Assembly (NCBI GenBank): GCA_001661245.1
Contig: KV454012.1
Span: 464,147-528,146, forward strand
Origin: Pachysolen tannophilus NRRL Y-2460
Taxonomy: Eukaryota
Length of the DNA: 64,000 nucleotides
Reading direction: 5' to 3'
Shown one piece after another: positions 33,890-44,807 of the stretch. Position numbers and translations under genes: made by a program. Under the pieces are notes generated by a model. That model ran no database searches. It was not told where the DNA came from and was given only the letters and a program-made list of their open reading frames with translations. Every line of letters begins with the position of its first letter. Position 1 is the stretch's first letter.

Positions 33890-34482
33890 AAAAGCAGATA
33901 TAAAAGCTACAAAAACTAGCTATATTGAGAAATAATAAATATACATATATATATATATATAGATTAATAGATAAGAGTATTAAAACATAAAAAATTTTCC
34001 GCTTATCTGAACTTTTCGTAAAAATAAAAAAGAAAAGAATAAAAGATAAAAATTTTTATTATTTCTTTTTATGACCTTGAAAAAAAAAAAAAGAAAAATA
34101 AAAAAATTTTTGATGCAGACAAATTTTTTAGCCTTTTGAGCCCCATACAAACAAATATCAAATTTAGTTTAAAGGCCGAATTCCAAGAACAAGAGAGGAA
34201 GTTTGACCGAATAGTTTTCAAATAGTATATATATATCTATATAAATATATATATTACTATTGGTGAATAAGAGTATTTTATTTGATATCTAGTTGTTTGA
34301 TTCATTGAAGCCGTTCCGCCATAAGATCTTAAAACAAGTTTTTTATTTAAATCAGAGTACTTACCATTTCGGGAATAGTTCATGTAGCTTACCTATCTCT
34401 ATCTCTCATCGCTTTTATAAATTTCCAAATTTTTAGCGGTCGCGGAAAATCAATTTTTTTTTAACCCAACGATACGCCAATA

Positions 34483-34545
34483 ACAATAAGTGACAATAAG
34501 TGACAATAAGTGACAAGAAGTGACACTAGGTGACACTAGGTGACA
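34483..34545. repeat. 10-bp tandem repeat with a GTGACA core, six cores
   Basis: (acaataagtg)x3, acaagaagtg, (acactaggtg)x2, aca. Confidence 0.9.
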
Positions 34546-34998
34546 TAGTTATGAAAGTTAATCTTGAGTACAGGTTGAAAAGTAAAAATTGAATAAGTTT
34601 TCCATGATCTAAAATTTACTTGGAGGAGAGAAAGGGTTTTAGTATTTAGAGAAATATGGAGAAGCAGAAAGAGATTTAGAAGTTGATTAAAATGCCAACT
34701 TTCAAGTAAATTAAAAATCAAAACAATTTTTTTTTTTTTTTCTAATCAGCAATGTTGATCATGACAAAGTATATGAAGATTACTTTTTTCTTCTCTTTCA
34801 ACTTCACTTGTGTATAATATGACTTTTTTTTCTTAATAAAAAACAAAAATCTGTATTTTCTTTATAAATAAAAAAACAGTAACAAATTAAAAAAGAATGA
34901 GAGAAAAGAACAAAAATTAAAATTAAAGAAATTCTTTCTTTTTTTTTTTTAATTATTCATTCTCTTGTCTTTTTTAAAAAAAAATTTCAATATAAATT

Positions 34999-36096
34999 TT
35001 ACATTTTCGTAATTTGATCTGAAACCCATTTCTTACCTTTAATACCACGGACCATTACATCCATTTCTAAAGGGGCTTCACCACAATAACCAGAATTACA
35101 ATCACAACTAATATGTCCAACTTTAAAAGTTTTAACAAAAGTGAAACCTAATTTTTCATAGATAACTCTATTTTTAGGATTTGAAGATTCTAAATAACAA
35201 ACAAGATTTTCAGGATCAATAAAATTTTCATAAACATATTCTAATAATTTTCTTGCACAACCTTTACCTCTTGCATTTGGTGTTGTACCAATATCTGCCA
35301 AGTACCATGCAATTGAACTTTGATCACCCAAGACTTCATCTTTGGTATCATCTAATAAGGGGAATTGTTCTTCAAAAACCCTTCGACGGCAGATTTGATT
35401 AGCTAATAGTTCACGCTTAAAGTTACCAGAGTATACTCTATCCCAGAAACCAGAATCACAATCAGGTTTTGTAAAACAAGCACATGCTAAAAATGGAGCA
35501 TTTGGATCAATTTTTTCAGCTTCTTTATCTCTAATAGCAACAACTAAACCATCCAAGATTGATGAAAAAACTGAAGCTTCAAAAAGAGCTAAATCAACTT
35601 TTTGTTTCAAAATAGGTGATTCAATAGGTTTTGTTAAATAATGGGCAAACTTATCTTCTTGAAAAGCTATTTGCAAAGTCTTTGCAGCTTTTTGGAAAGT
35701 TGAAGCATCAACAATTTCAACTTCTAAAGTATCAACATTAGTAGTAGTAGCGCCTGCGGAGGCAGCGGCAACGGCAGCGGCAGCAGCAGCAGTCACGGCG
35801 ATTGCACCAGTATGGCGATCTACTACAGTGGCATCCATTAAAGTAGCATCCACTACATTAGTTTCTACTACCGCATCTACCGCTTTTGAAGAATCAACAT
35901 CAATTAAATTTTCAACAACTTTAATTTGACTCAATTCAAATTCATTATTATTATTATTATTATTATTATTGGGCTTTGCTTTCTTCTCCGATAAAGATTT
36001 TAAATTTATATCGTCACTACTATATAAATTCACGTTTCTAACATCATGATTATTTATATTTATATTTGAATTTTTCGAAAATCTTTGATACTCCAT
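34999..36096 (-). CDS. GNAT N-acetyltransferase, paralog A
   Basis: WYLADIGTTPNARGKGCARKLL acetyl-CoA motif A, CYLESS, IYEKLGF. Confidence 0.85.
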   Translation of the reverse strand: MEYQRFSKNSNININNHDVRNVNLYSSDDINLKSLSEKKAKPNNNNNNNNNEFELSQIKVVENLIDVDSSKAVDAVVETNVVDATLMDATVVDRHTGAIAVTAAAAAAVAAASAGATTTNVDTLEVEIVDASTFQKAAKTLQIAFQEDKFAHYLTKPIESPILKQKVDLALFEASVFSSILDGLVVAIRDKEAEKIDPNAPFLACACFTKPDCDSGFWDRVYSGNFKRELLANQICRRRVFEEQFPLLDDTKDEVLGDQSSIAWYLADIGTTPNARGKGCARKLLEYVYENFIDPENLVCYLESSNPKNRVIYEKLGFTFVKTFKVGHISCDCNSGYCGEAPLEMDVMVRGIKGKKWVSDQITKM

Positions 36097-36946
36097 TCCC
36101 TTATTTTAATGATTGATTAAATAAATTAAAATACTAATATACAATAATAAATAAACCTTAAAACTTACTTTATAAAATAATATTTTCTTTTCTTACTATT
36201 CATTTTCGAACCGTTGTTTCTTTTTCTTTTTTTTTCCCATAATAAAAAAAGCCAAAAAAACAAAAAGAAAAAAGAAATTATTCTAGATAAGCTCTGCCAA
36301 ATACGAAACGGGTAAGATAATAATAATAATAATAATTAAAAAAATTAAAATTAAAAACTTTACGTTTATTTTTACATAATAATTTTTTTTTTATAAGTTT
36401 AACGCGGAAAAAATTAAAAAAAAAATCTTTTTTAAATTCTTTATTACTTTAAAAACGTATATGTAATAAGTGAGGTAACCGATAAACTAGGAACAACATA
36501 ATAATTTAGAAACCAAAAAAAAAATTGTAAAAAAAAAAAAAAAAAAAAAAGTTTCAATTAAAATTTATTATAGGATTGATTCTCAATAGATTGTCATCTT
36601 CACTATACTAATTACTAATTAACTTATTATTTGTAATGAATAAATTTATTAAAGTCTTTGTTTCCAATTGTAATGCACGACCGATCAATTCTTCTCTTTT
36701 AGTTAAACAGCGGAAATCAAGAGAAAGTAAATAAAAAAAAATTTTTTTTTTTTTTTTTTTCAAATTTTTTTTTTTTTGTACTTTTCCCGTTTAAACGTCT
36801 ACCCTAAGTTTTCACTAATTGTATTATTATTTATTATTATAACTGGAATTGACTTGAATTTTTTTATTACCAATAAGCAAATAAAATCAAATAATTTATT
36901 TATTTTTTTTTTCTTTTTTTCTGTTTGTAGTAAATATTAAAAGAAG

Positions 36947-37531
36947 ATGTCACAGACACCAGAAGAAGTATCTGAGGTCATAGCTATTGCGCAAGAATTA
37001 AAATCTGCGTTACATCAATACCCAAATTTTCCAACACCTGGGATTTTATTTGAAGATTTTTTACCAATTTTTAGATCCCCTGATTTATTTAATAAGATGA
37101 TTAGGGCTTTTAAAATACATTTAGATGAAACTTTCCCTAATATAAAAATTGATTATATTGTTGGATTAGAAGCTAGAGGTTTTTTATTTGCTCCAACATT
37201 GGCATTAGCAATGGATGCAGGTTTTGTTCCAATTAGGAAGAAGGGGAAATTACCATCAAAATTAGCAACTGCAAAATTTACAAAAGAATATGGAGAAGAT
37301 TATTTCCAAATCCAATTAGAAAGTATTCCAGAAGGTTCGAACGTGGTTATAGTAGATGATATCTTAGCTACTGGTGGATCTGCATCTGCTGCTGGTAATT
37401 TAATTCAACAATGTAAAGGTAATATCTTGGAATTTGATTTTGTTATGGAATTAGATTTCTTAAATGGAAGATCTAAATTGCCCGCTCCAACCTATACTTT
37501 ATTATCTGGTCAATCAGAACAATTGAAATAA
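36947..37531 (+). CDS. APT1: Adenine phosphoribosyltransferase
   Basis: YPNFP.PGILFEDFLP, GLEARGF, KEYG, VVIVDDILATGGS. Confidence 0.96.
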   Translation: MSQTPEEVSEVIAIAQELKSALHQYPNFPTPGILFEDFLPIFRSPDLFNKMIRAFKIHLDETFPNIKIDYIVGLEARGFLFAPTLALAMDAGFVPIRKKGKLPSKLATAKFTKEYGEDYFQIQLESIPEGSNVVIVDDILATGGSASAAGNLIQQCKGNILEFDFVMELDFLNGRSKLPAPTYTLLSGQSEQLK

Positions 37532-37554
37532 TTAGAGAGTCAAAAAAAAAAAAA

Positions 37555-37852
37555 NNNNNNNNNNNNNNNNNNNNNNNNNNNNNNNNNNNNNNNNNNNNNN
37601 NNNNNNNNNNNNNNNNNNNNNNNNNNNNNNNNNNNNNNNNNNNNNNNNNNNNNNNNNNNNNNNNNNNNNNNNNNNNNNNNNNNNNNNNNNNNNNNNNNNN
37701 NNNNNNNNNNNNNNNNNNNNNNNNNNNNNNNNNNNNNNNNNNNNNNNNNNNNNNNNNNNNNNNNNNNNNNNNNNNNNNNNNNNNNNNNNNNNNNNNNNNN
37801 NNNNNNNNNNNNNNNNNNNNNNNNNNNNNNNNNNNNNNNNNNNNNNNNNNNN
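37555..37852. other. Assembly gap between two identical APT1 copies
   Basis: Run of N. Confidence 1.
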
Positions 37853-38071
37853 AAATAAAAAAAAATTTTTTTTTTTTTTTTTTTCAAATTTTTTTTTTTT
37901 TGTACTTTTCCCGTTTAAACGTCTACCCTAAGTTTTCACTAATTGTATTATTATTTATTATTATAACTGGAATTGACTTGAATTTTTTTATTACCAATAA
38001 GCAAATAAAATCAAATAATTTATTTATTTTTTTTTTTCTTTTTTTCTGTTTGTAGTAAATATTAAAAGAAG

Positions 38072-38656
38072 ATGTCACAGACACCAGAAGAAGTATCTGA
38101 GGTCATAGCTATTGCGCAAGAATTAAAATCTGCGTTACATCAATACCCAAATTTTCCAACACCTGGGATTTTATTTGAAGATTTTTTACCAATTTTTAGA
38201 TCCCCTGATTTATTTAATAAGATGATTAGGGCTTTTAAAATACATTTAGATGAAACTTTCCCTAATATAAAAATTGATTATATTGTTGGATTAGAAGCTA
38301 GAGGTTTTTTATTTGCTCCAACATTGGCATTAGCAATGGATGCAGGTTTTGTTCCAATTAGGAAGAAGGGGAAATTACCATCAAAATTAGCAACTGCAAA
38401 ATTTACAAAAGAATATGGAGAAGATTATTTCCAAATCCAATTAGAAAGTATTCCAGAAGGTTCGAACGTGGTTATAGTAGATGATATCTTAGCTACTGGT
38501 GGATCTGCATCTGCTGCTGGTAATTTAATTCAACAATGTAAAGGTAATATCTTGGAATTTGATTTTGTTATGGAATTAGATTTCTTAAATGGAAGATCTA
38601 AATTGCCCGCTCCAACCTATACTTTATTATCTGGTCAATCAGAACAATTGAAATAA
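38072..38656 (+). CDS. APT1: Identical second APT1 copy, probably a contig-overlap artifact
   Basis: 37853-38679 repeats about 36729-37554, including upstream DNA, directly across the gap. Confidence 0.4.
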   Translation: MSQTPEEVSEVIAIAQELKSALHQYPNFPTPGILFEDFLPIFRSPDLFNKMIRAFKIHLDETFPNIKIDYIVGLEARGFLFAPTLALAMDAGFVPIRKKGKLPSKLATAKFTKEYGEDYFQIQLESIPEGSNVVIVDDILATGGSASAAGNLIQQCKGNILEFDFVMELDFLNGRSKLPAPTYTLLSGQSEQLK

Positions 38657-39110
38657 TTAGAGAGTCAAAAAAAAAAAAAAAAAAAAAAAATTTTTTTTTT
38701 TCTTCTTTTTTGGTTATACATCATATATATATAATAATATATAATAATATATAATAATATATAATATATTTTTGTCTTCTCTTCTCTTTTAGTTTTTGTA
38801 TGTATGAATTTAAAGTATTAAAATTTTACACATGCCTAAAGAGGAAAAGAGCGGTGCCACGGGAGATTCCCGCATAATTTTAGTAGCGTTTTCCGCGATA
38901 CCTCTTTCTTTTCCGCCCGATAAGATGCATGGAATCTCTGCAAAGCCATTCCATAATAATTTCCAAGGGGAAAACATCTTATTTCTCTTTATATTTCTTT
39001 CTATATATATATATATATATCGATATATGTGGAATTGAGTAATTTAAATTGTAGTTTCATAAGTATCTAATTTAATAAATAATTCTTTTTTTTTTTGCTT
39101 TTGGTGGAAA

Positions 39111-40100
39111 ATGGATCAATCTGGGTTTTCGAAAAACTCAAATATTATAAATAATCTCAATATTAGAGATGTAAATTTATATGAAAATTTTAATGATATT
39201 AATATAGGTGAAAATAAAAGTAAACCTAATAATAGTGCTGCTAACTTTAATTCTATATCTGATAATAATAATGATAATAATTGTTTTATTAAACAAAAAT
39301 TGGTTCCTTTTATTGTTGAGAATAATGTTGATGAAAATGAAGCTATTGATACTTTAGAAGTTGAAATTGTTGATGCTTCAAATTATCGTAAAGCTGCAAA
39401 GACATTACAGATTGCATTTGTAGATGATAAATTTGCTGAATACTTGACTAAACCAATTCAATCTCAATTTTTAAAAGAACAAGTTGAATTAGCAATTTTT
39501 GAAGCTTCTGTTTATTCTTCAATATTAGATGGTTTAGTTGTTGCTATTAGAGATAAAGAAGCTGAAAAAATTGATCCAAATGCTCCATTTTTAGCATGTG
39601 CTTGTTTTACAAAACCAGATTCAACTTCAGGTTTTTGGTCAATGGTTCGTGCTGGATATTTAAAAGTAGCATGGTTAGCAAATAAAGAATGTCGTCGTAG
39701 AGTTTTCCAAGAACAATATCCTTTATTAAATGAAACAAAATCAAAAGTTCTTGGTAAAGATTATGATGAATCTTGGTATTTATCAGATATTGGTACAACA
39801 CCAAATGCAAGAGGTAAAGGTTGTGCAAGAAAATTATTAGAATATGTTTATAAAAATTTTATTGATATTAATAATCATCTTTGTTATTTAGAATCTTCAC
39901 ATCCTAGAAATAAAATAATTTATGAAAAATTAGGATTCACTTATGTTATGACAATTGATGTTGGTCATATCAATTGCGATTGCACAGATGGCCCATGTGA
40001 TGAGTCTCCTCTACAGATGGATATCATGGTTAGAGGTATTAAAGGCTCAAAATGGATTGCTAATTCAAAAAACTTGAATCAACAAATCATCAAAGATTAA
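39111..40100 (+). CDS. GNAT N-acetyltransferase, paralog B (inverted relative to A)
   Basis: WYLSDIGTTPNARGKGCARKLL, CYLESS, IYEKLGF; shares identical DNA patches with 34999-36096. Confidence 0.85.
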   Translation: MDQSGFSKNSNIINNLNIRDVNLYENFNDINIGENKSKPNNSAANFNSISDNNNDNNCFIKQKLVPFIVENNVDENEAIDTLEVEIVDASNYRKAAKTLQIAFVDDKFAEYLTKPIQSQFLKEQVELAIFEASVYSSILDGLVVAIRDKEAEKIDPNAPFLACACFTKPDSTSGFWSMVRAGYLKVAWLANKECRRRVFQEQYPLLNETKSKVLGKDYDESWYLSDIGTTPNARGKGCARKLLEYVYKNFIDINNHLCYLESSHPRNKIIYEKLGFTYVMTIDVGHINCDCTDGPCDESPLQMDIMVRGIKGSKWIANSKNLNQQIIKD

Positions 40101-40537
40101 TATAAAATATTTATATAAATTCTTTTACTGAGTATAAAGAAAGGCCTTTTAAACTAAACTATACTTAAAAAAACTACTAACCATTTTTTTAGAGAATTCC
40201 ACAATAATAATAAAAAAAAAAACTTCCCCAACTTCAAAGTTATTGCTTTTCATCTAAGTTTGCATTGTGTGCGAAAGGTTTCGCATAATAAGGCAACAAG
40301 GATCTAGAGTAATAATATCACACATTGTTGATCTTGTTTACTTCCCACACACACACACAAAACAAAAAAAAAAAAAATTTTTTTATTACAACTATACAGA
40401 TTTATAACTTTTCTTCTTTTCTTTTATCGTATCTTGATGAACAATATAATATCAAACTAATTCATCGTTAATTGTATCTGTTTGAAACAATTCAAACTCT
40501 TCTTCTCTTAAAAAGAGTTCTTTTATGAAATGTTTAA

Positions 40538-40543
40538 ACGCGT
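40538..40543. promoter_or_regulatory. MCB element upstream of DOT1
   Basis: ACGCGT about 220 bp before the ATG. Confidence 0.45.
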
Positions 40544-40763
40544 TTCTAAATAAAACAAAAAGTCGTGCAACAAAAATGGATCATCAAACTGCCTAATTTG
40601 GGTCTCATTGATGAAGCATTATGATTGACTTTTTGAAGTTCTTTTTAGAATAATTGAATACTTTAAAACAATTTTTTAAAAAGAAAAAAAAAATTTTTTT
40701 CAATTTGTTTATTGGAGCCAGGAGACTGAAAGAATCTAAAATCGTTGTTAATCGCGAGAGACG

Positions 40764-43085
40764 ATGATTTTGGGAGAAATATATCAGTATGATGGGCAAC
40801 AACAGAGAACGGATCCTCGAACAACTCAGGTAACATCACCACCAATAAATATGGATTTGGATGATAATGATATGGTTCAAGAGAAAGAGAATGAGAAACA
40901 GTTAAGCAACAGTGAAGGTATGCTGGTTCTGGTTCTGAAACTTGAAACTCCAAGTGTTGGTAGTGATGGTAGTGTTGATGGTGATTCTGGGCTGGTACTG
41001 TTATCGCAGTTACCTCTGCTGAAAAATTTGGAAAAAAAGAAGAAAAGAAAACAAAATTCTTTAGAAAAATTATTAGCGGATTCGTATTGGTATTCCACAG
41101 ATTATGATTCTCACTCTTCTGGACATTCAAGGGATTTATCGTTTAGGCGAATTCATCTTAAGGAAGAGGAAGCAAAATTAAATGGGTCAGTTCTTTGTAC
41201 TCCTCCTCCTTCCTCGTCAAGTTCATCTGTAGAAATGTCTTTACAAAAATTTGAAAAATCAGAATTAAAAACAAAACCAAAACCAAGATCAAAACCTGTG
41301 GGGCCTTCTAAAAAGGAAATTGAAAGACAGAAAAGAATACTGAGGCAGAAACTCTTGGAAGAGAAAAGAAAGAATGGAGAAATTGCTCCGCCGAAAAAGA
41401 AAGCGCTGGGAAGTAATGAATTAAGTCAAGTCATGGAAGGTGCTCTTTGGTTTAATAGGAATTCTGGAATTGATACATACACCAGAAAAGTCAAACCAGT
41501 GGTAGAACGTTTTATTCCTGAATATGAACAACCGAAAAGGAAAAAAATAGTTCCTTTATTGACAAGTTCTATGACCCCAGAATCTGTTGCTGCTTCTCCT
41601 AAAACACCAAGTTCCAAAAAAAGTAGATCAGAATCTCCTCCAAGTGATGAAAATTCAAGGTTAAAATCTAGAGGCAAAAGTAATAAAAGGAAAAGAAATG
41701 TTAAAGTTAAAACATTAAGACGCGTTCGTGTCAAGAAAGAAGAAAAAAGAAATGAAGAAATTATAATTCAAAATAACGGTGCAGAAAAAGAAGAAGTAGT
41801 TGTAGAAGAAGAAGAAGAAGAAGAAATAGAAGAAGAAATCTTTCAATGGTTTTTGAATTTGGATTGTGACGTGGAAATAGATATCAATGATAGACAACTT
41901 TTCATTGATCAAGTTTATAAATTGGAAAACATTGAAAATAATTATTCAAATTGTCCTCCTGAAGAAAATTTAATCAGTGCTTCAGATGTTGTTAATCAAT
42001 TTCCAACTCATTATACAGTAACGGAAAAATTTCCAGAAGCTACTGTCTTTTTAGCAACTCCTTTCTCAAATTATAAAGAGAAGTATCTATTAAAAATTCC
42101 AAAAGATGATGAATTGAATCCATATGAAGAAATTGGGAAATTTATGGAATTAATTGCAATTTCATATTTACCAGAAGTTTATAGATTGGAAATTAGAAAT
42201 GAAAAAGAACCAGAAAAATGTATTGTGGGGAAATACATCAAGGCATATGAAGCTGAAAATTCAAATGAAATGCTTGTTCAAATTGTGAAATTTAATGAGT
42301 TAATAGACAAGTTACGTGATAATAAAACTATTTTAAATTATTTAAAGGATGAAAAAAGGACAATTAAAAGATCGATTTTCCATGAGTTATTAAATCAAAC
42401 TTATTCAAGGACAATTTCTCCAAATGTTCAAAAATTACGTGGTTATAAGGCATTTTCAAATTTTGTCTATGGTGAATTATTACCAAATTTCTTAAGCACT
42501 GTATATTCAAGAGTAGGCCTAAATCATAAACATACTTTTATTGATTTAGGTTCAGGCGTTGGAAACTGTGTTATTCAAGCAGCACTTGAATACGGATGTG
42601 AATCATATGGATGTGAAATTATGGAGCACGCGTCGCAGTTATCGAAATTACAAACAATCGAATTTAATAAACGTTGTAAAGTTTTCGGATTAAAACCAGG
42701 TTGCGTTGATCACTTCTTGGAACAAAGTTTTGAAGATAACCTTGCAGTTAAAAAAGTTGTGGATCGTTGTGATATAATATTAGTTAATAATTATTTATTC
42801 GATAGTGAATTGAATGCTAAAGTCATTGAACTATTGAAAGATATAAAAGTTGGTACAAAGTTAATCAGTTTAAAACCTTTGGTTCCTCCTGGTTATACTT
42901 TTAATCAACTAGATGTTGAATGCATTTTAAATCGAATGACTAGCAAAAAATATGAATATGGTTCAAATTCTGTTAGTTGGACTTCTAACGGTGGAATTTA
43001 TTATATAAGTGAAGTTCAACCGGAAATTGTTTCTGCATATTTTATGGAGCATGCGAAAGGGAGAGCTAGATCAAGAAAAGTTTAG
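40764..43085 (+). CDS. DOT1: Histone H3K79 methyltransferase
   Basis: YKAFSNFVYGELLP, FIDLGSGVGNCVIQAALEYGC, GCEIM, LVNNYLFD, SVSWT. Start could also be the ATG at 40851. Confidence 0.95.
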   Translation: MILGEIYQYDGQQQRTDPRTTQVTSPPINMDLDDNDMVQEKENEKQLSNSEGMLVLVLKLETPSVGSDGSVDGDSGLVLLSQLPLLKNLEKKKKRKQNSLEKLLADSYWYSTDYDSHSSGHSRDLSFRRIHLKEEEAKLNGSVLCTPPPSSSSSSVEMSLQKFEKSELKTKPKPRSKPVGPSKKEIERQKRILRQKLLEEKRKNGEIAPPKKKALGSNELSQVMEGALWFNRNSGIDTYTRKVKPVVERFIPEYEQPKRKKIVPLLTSSMTPESVAASPKTPSSKKSRSESPPSDENSRLKSRGKSNKRKRNVKVKTLRRVRVKKEEKRNEEIIIQNNGAEKEEVVVEEEEEEEIEEEIFQWFLNLDCDVEIDINDRQLFIDQVYKLENIENNYSNCPPEENLISASDVVNQFPTHYTVTEKFPEATVFLATPFSNYKEKYLLKIPKDDELNPYEEIGKFMELIAISYLPEVYRLEIRNEKEPEKCIVGKYIKAYEAENSNEMLVQIVKFNELIDKLRDNKTILNYLKDEKRTIKRSIFHELLNQTYSRTISPNVQKLRGYKAFSNFVYGELLPNFLSTVYSRVGLNHKHTFIDLGSGVGNCVIQAALEYGCESYGCEIMEHASQLSKLQTIEFNKRCKVFGLKPGCVDHFLEQSFEDNLAVKKVVDRCDIILVNNYLFDSELNAKVIELLKDIKVGTKLISLKPLVPPGYTFNQLDVECILNRMTSKKYEYGSNSVSWTSNGGIYYISEVQPEIVSAYFMEHAKGRARSRKV

Positions 43086-43263
43086 TAAACTGTATTAGTG
43101 TATTTTTATTTATTCAATTGGACAATTTAAATTTATTTTGTTATATATATATATCTGTATTTTGTTTCGTTACTGCTTTACAAAGAGAACAAAAATGAAA
43201 AGAAAAATTTTACCATAGAAAAAAAAAAAAACAACCAACCAAAAAACTTGCGAAAACAGAAAT

Positions 43264-44379
43264 CTATTTATTCAAATTATCTTCTAGAGACCAGTCAATT
43301 TCATTTTCTTTACCTAACCATTCATTACATTTCTTGAAATGAGCGCAATGGAAAAAATCTCCTTTATAAGCACTCAATGGACTAGGATGACAACTTTTTA
43401 ATACCAAAAAATTTGAATCTTGTCTTCCAATATTTAAATTCTGAACTAATTTTTGAGCAGAAGCACCCCAAGACATTATAACTAATCTTGCATCTTTTCT
43501 TTTTTCATTTTGTTCCTTTTTTTTAAATTCAACCAAATTTTGCAAAACCTTTTGTGTAAAAATTTCCCATCCTTTATTTGCATGAGAATTTGCTTGATGA
43601 GCTCTAACAGTTAAAACAGTATTTAATAACAAGACACCTTGCTCTGCCCATTTTGTCAAGTTCCCATTTTTCTTTGGAATTGTAAAAGTTGGATAATCTA
43701 TAGCAATGGCTTTGTAAATGTTCTGGAGAGAAGGAGGAAGTCTAGTGTTTGGATCCTTAATGGAAAAGGCTAAACCATGTGCTTGATTAACGTTATGATA
43801 CGGGTCCTGACCTACTACCAATAATTTAACATTTGTTAATGGAGTAAGCCTAGTCCATGAGTAAATATCTTGGCTTGGTGGGAAAACGGTATTTATGCGT
43901 TGTTCCTGAATAACAAATTTTTTTAATTCCAAAAAATATGGTTTAGTAAATTCTTTATATAATAACTCAAACCATGAATTATGCATCGTGTTTATTTCCA
44001 AGTTTAACAATTGTCTTTGGTCTGGTGTCAACGATTTTACCCATTTATCTTTATCAAAACGCGTTACTAACGACTTTTTCTCCGTTGAAACTTCATTCAA
44101 CCCTACATCAACGTGTCCACCCTTCACCTCACTCACCTCATTCACCTCATTCACCTCTTTTTGTAGATTTTCTACCCTTGGTAGATTTTCTTTATTTGCA
44201 CCTTTAAGGTCAATTTCATTTGTACTTGTTTTAGTTTTTTTGAAAAAATCAACAATAGACTTGTTAGTCCCAGTATCTTTATTACCAGAAAGCTTCAACT
44301 TCTTATTGTTTGCAATAACATCGCTAGACCCATCAACAACACTTGATAGTGCCCTCTTAGTGGTAACGCTAACCTTCAT
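43264..44379 (-). CDS. UNG1: Uracil-DNA glycosylase
   Basis: GQDPYH, QAHGLAFS, PPSLQNI, GVLLLN, HPSPLS; PIP-like SIVDFF. Confidence 0.96.
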   Translation of the reverse strand: MKVSVTTKRALSSVVDGSSDVIANNKKLKLSGNKDTGTNKSIVDFFKKTKTSTNEIDLKGANKENLPRVENLQKEVNEVNEVSEVKGGHVDVGLNEVSTEKKSLVTRFDKDKWVKSLTPDQRQLLNLEINTMHNSWFELLYKEFTKPYFLELKKFVIQEQRINTVFPPSQDIYSWTRLTPLTNVKLLVVGQDPYHNVNQAHGLAFSIKDPNTRLPPSLQNIYKAIAIDYPTFTIPKKNGNLTKWAEQGVLLLNTVLTVRAHQANSHANKGWEIFTQKVLQNLVEFKKKEQNEKRKDARLVIMSWGASAQKLVQNLNIGRQDSNFLVLKSCHPSPLSAYKGDFFHCAHFKKCNEWLGKENEIDWSLEDNLNK

Positions 44380-44807
44380 AACGTGTACGTTTTAATTTAA
44401 TTTAATTATTATTATCATTATTTATATCAACTTCTGTATTGTGTAAATAAAAGTAGTGAGAAATCCTGGACCTTTAAAACAGCAACTAAGATATTATATA
44501 TATATAATTTATATAATTAATACCCTTAAAGAAGGTGATTTTAATTTATTGTGAAATATTTTCATGGAATAGAAATTTGACTTGACCATTGACGGAATAT
44601 AATAGTTATCTATATATAAATCAATAATATATATATATTTATATATATATATATATGCGTATATATATATATCTATGTACGTATGTATGTATCTATCTGT
44701 CTATCTATATGTGTGAAAGTATAGTCGTCATAAAAATATAAAGGACATAAAGAAAAGATAGATTGGTTAGGAGATAGAGAGAGAGGTTTGGGTATTGTGA
44801 TTGCTTG

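Noticed and set aside
34483..34545. CRISPR-like array
   Set aside because: Eukaryotic context, 10-bp unit, no unique spacers
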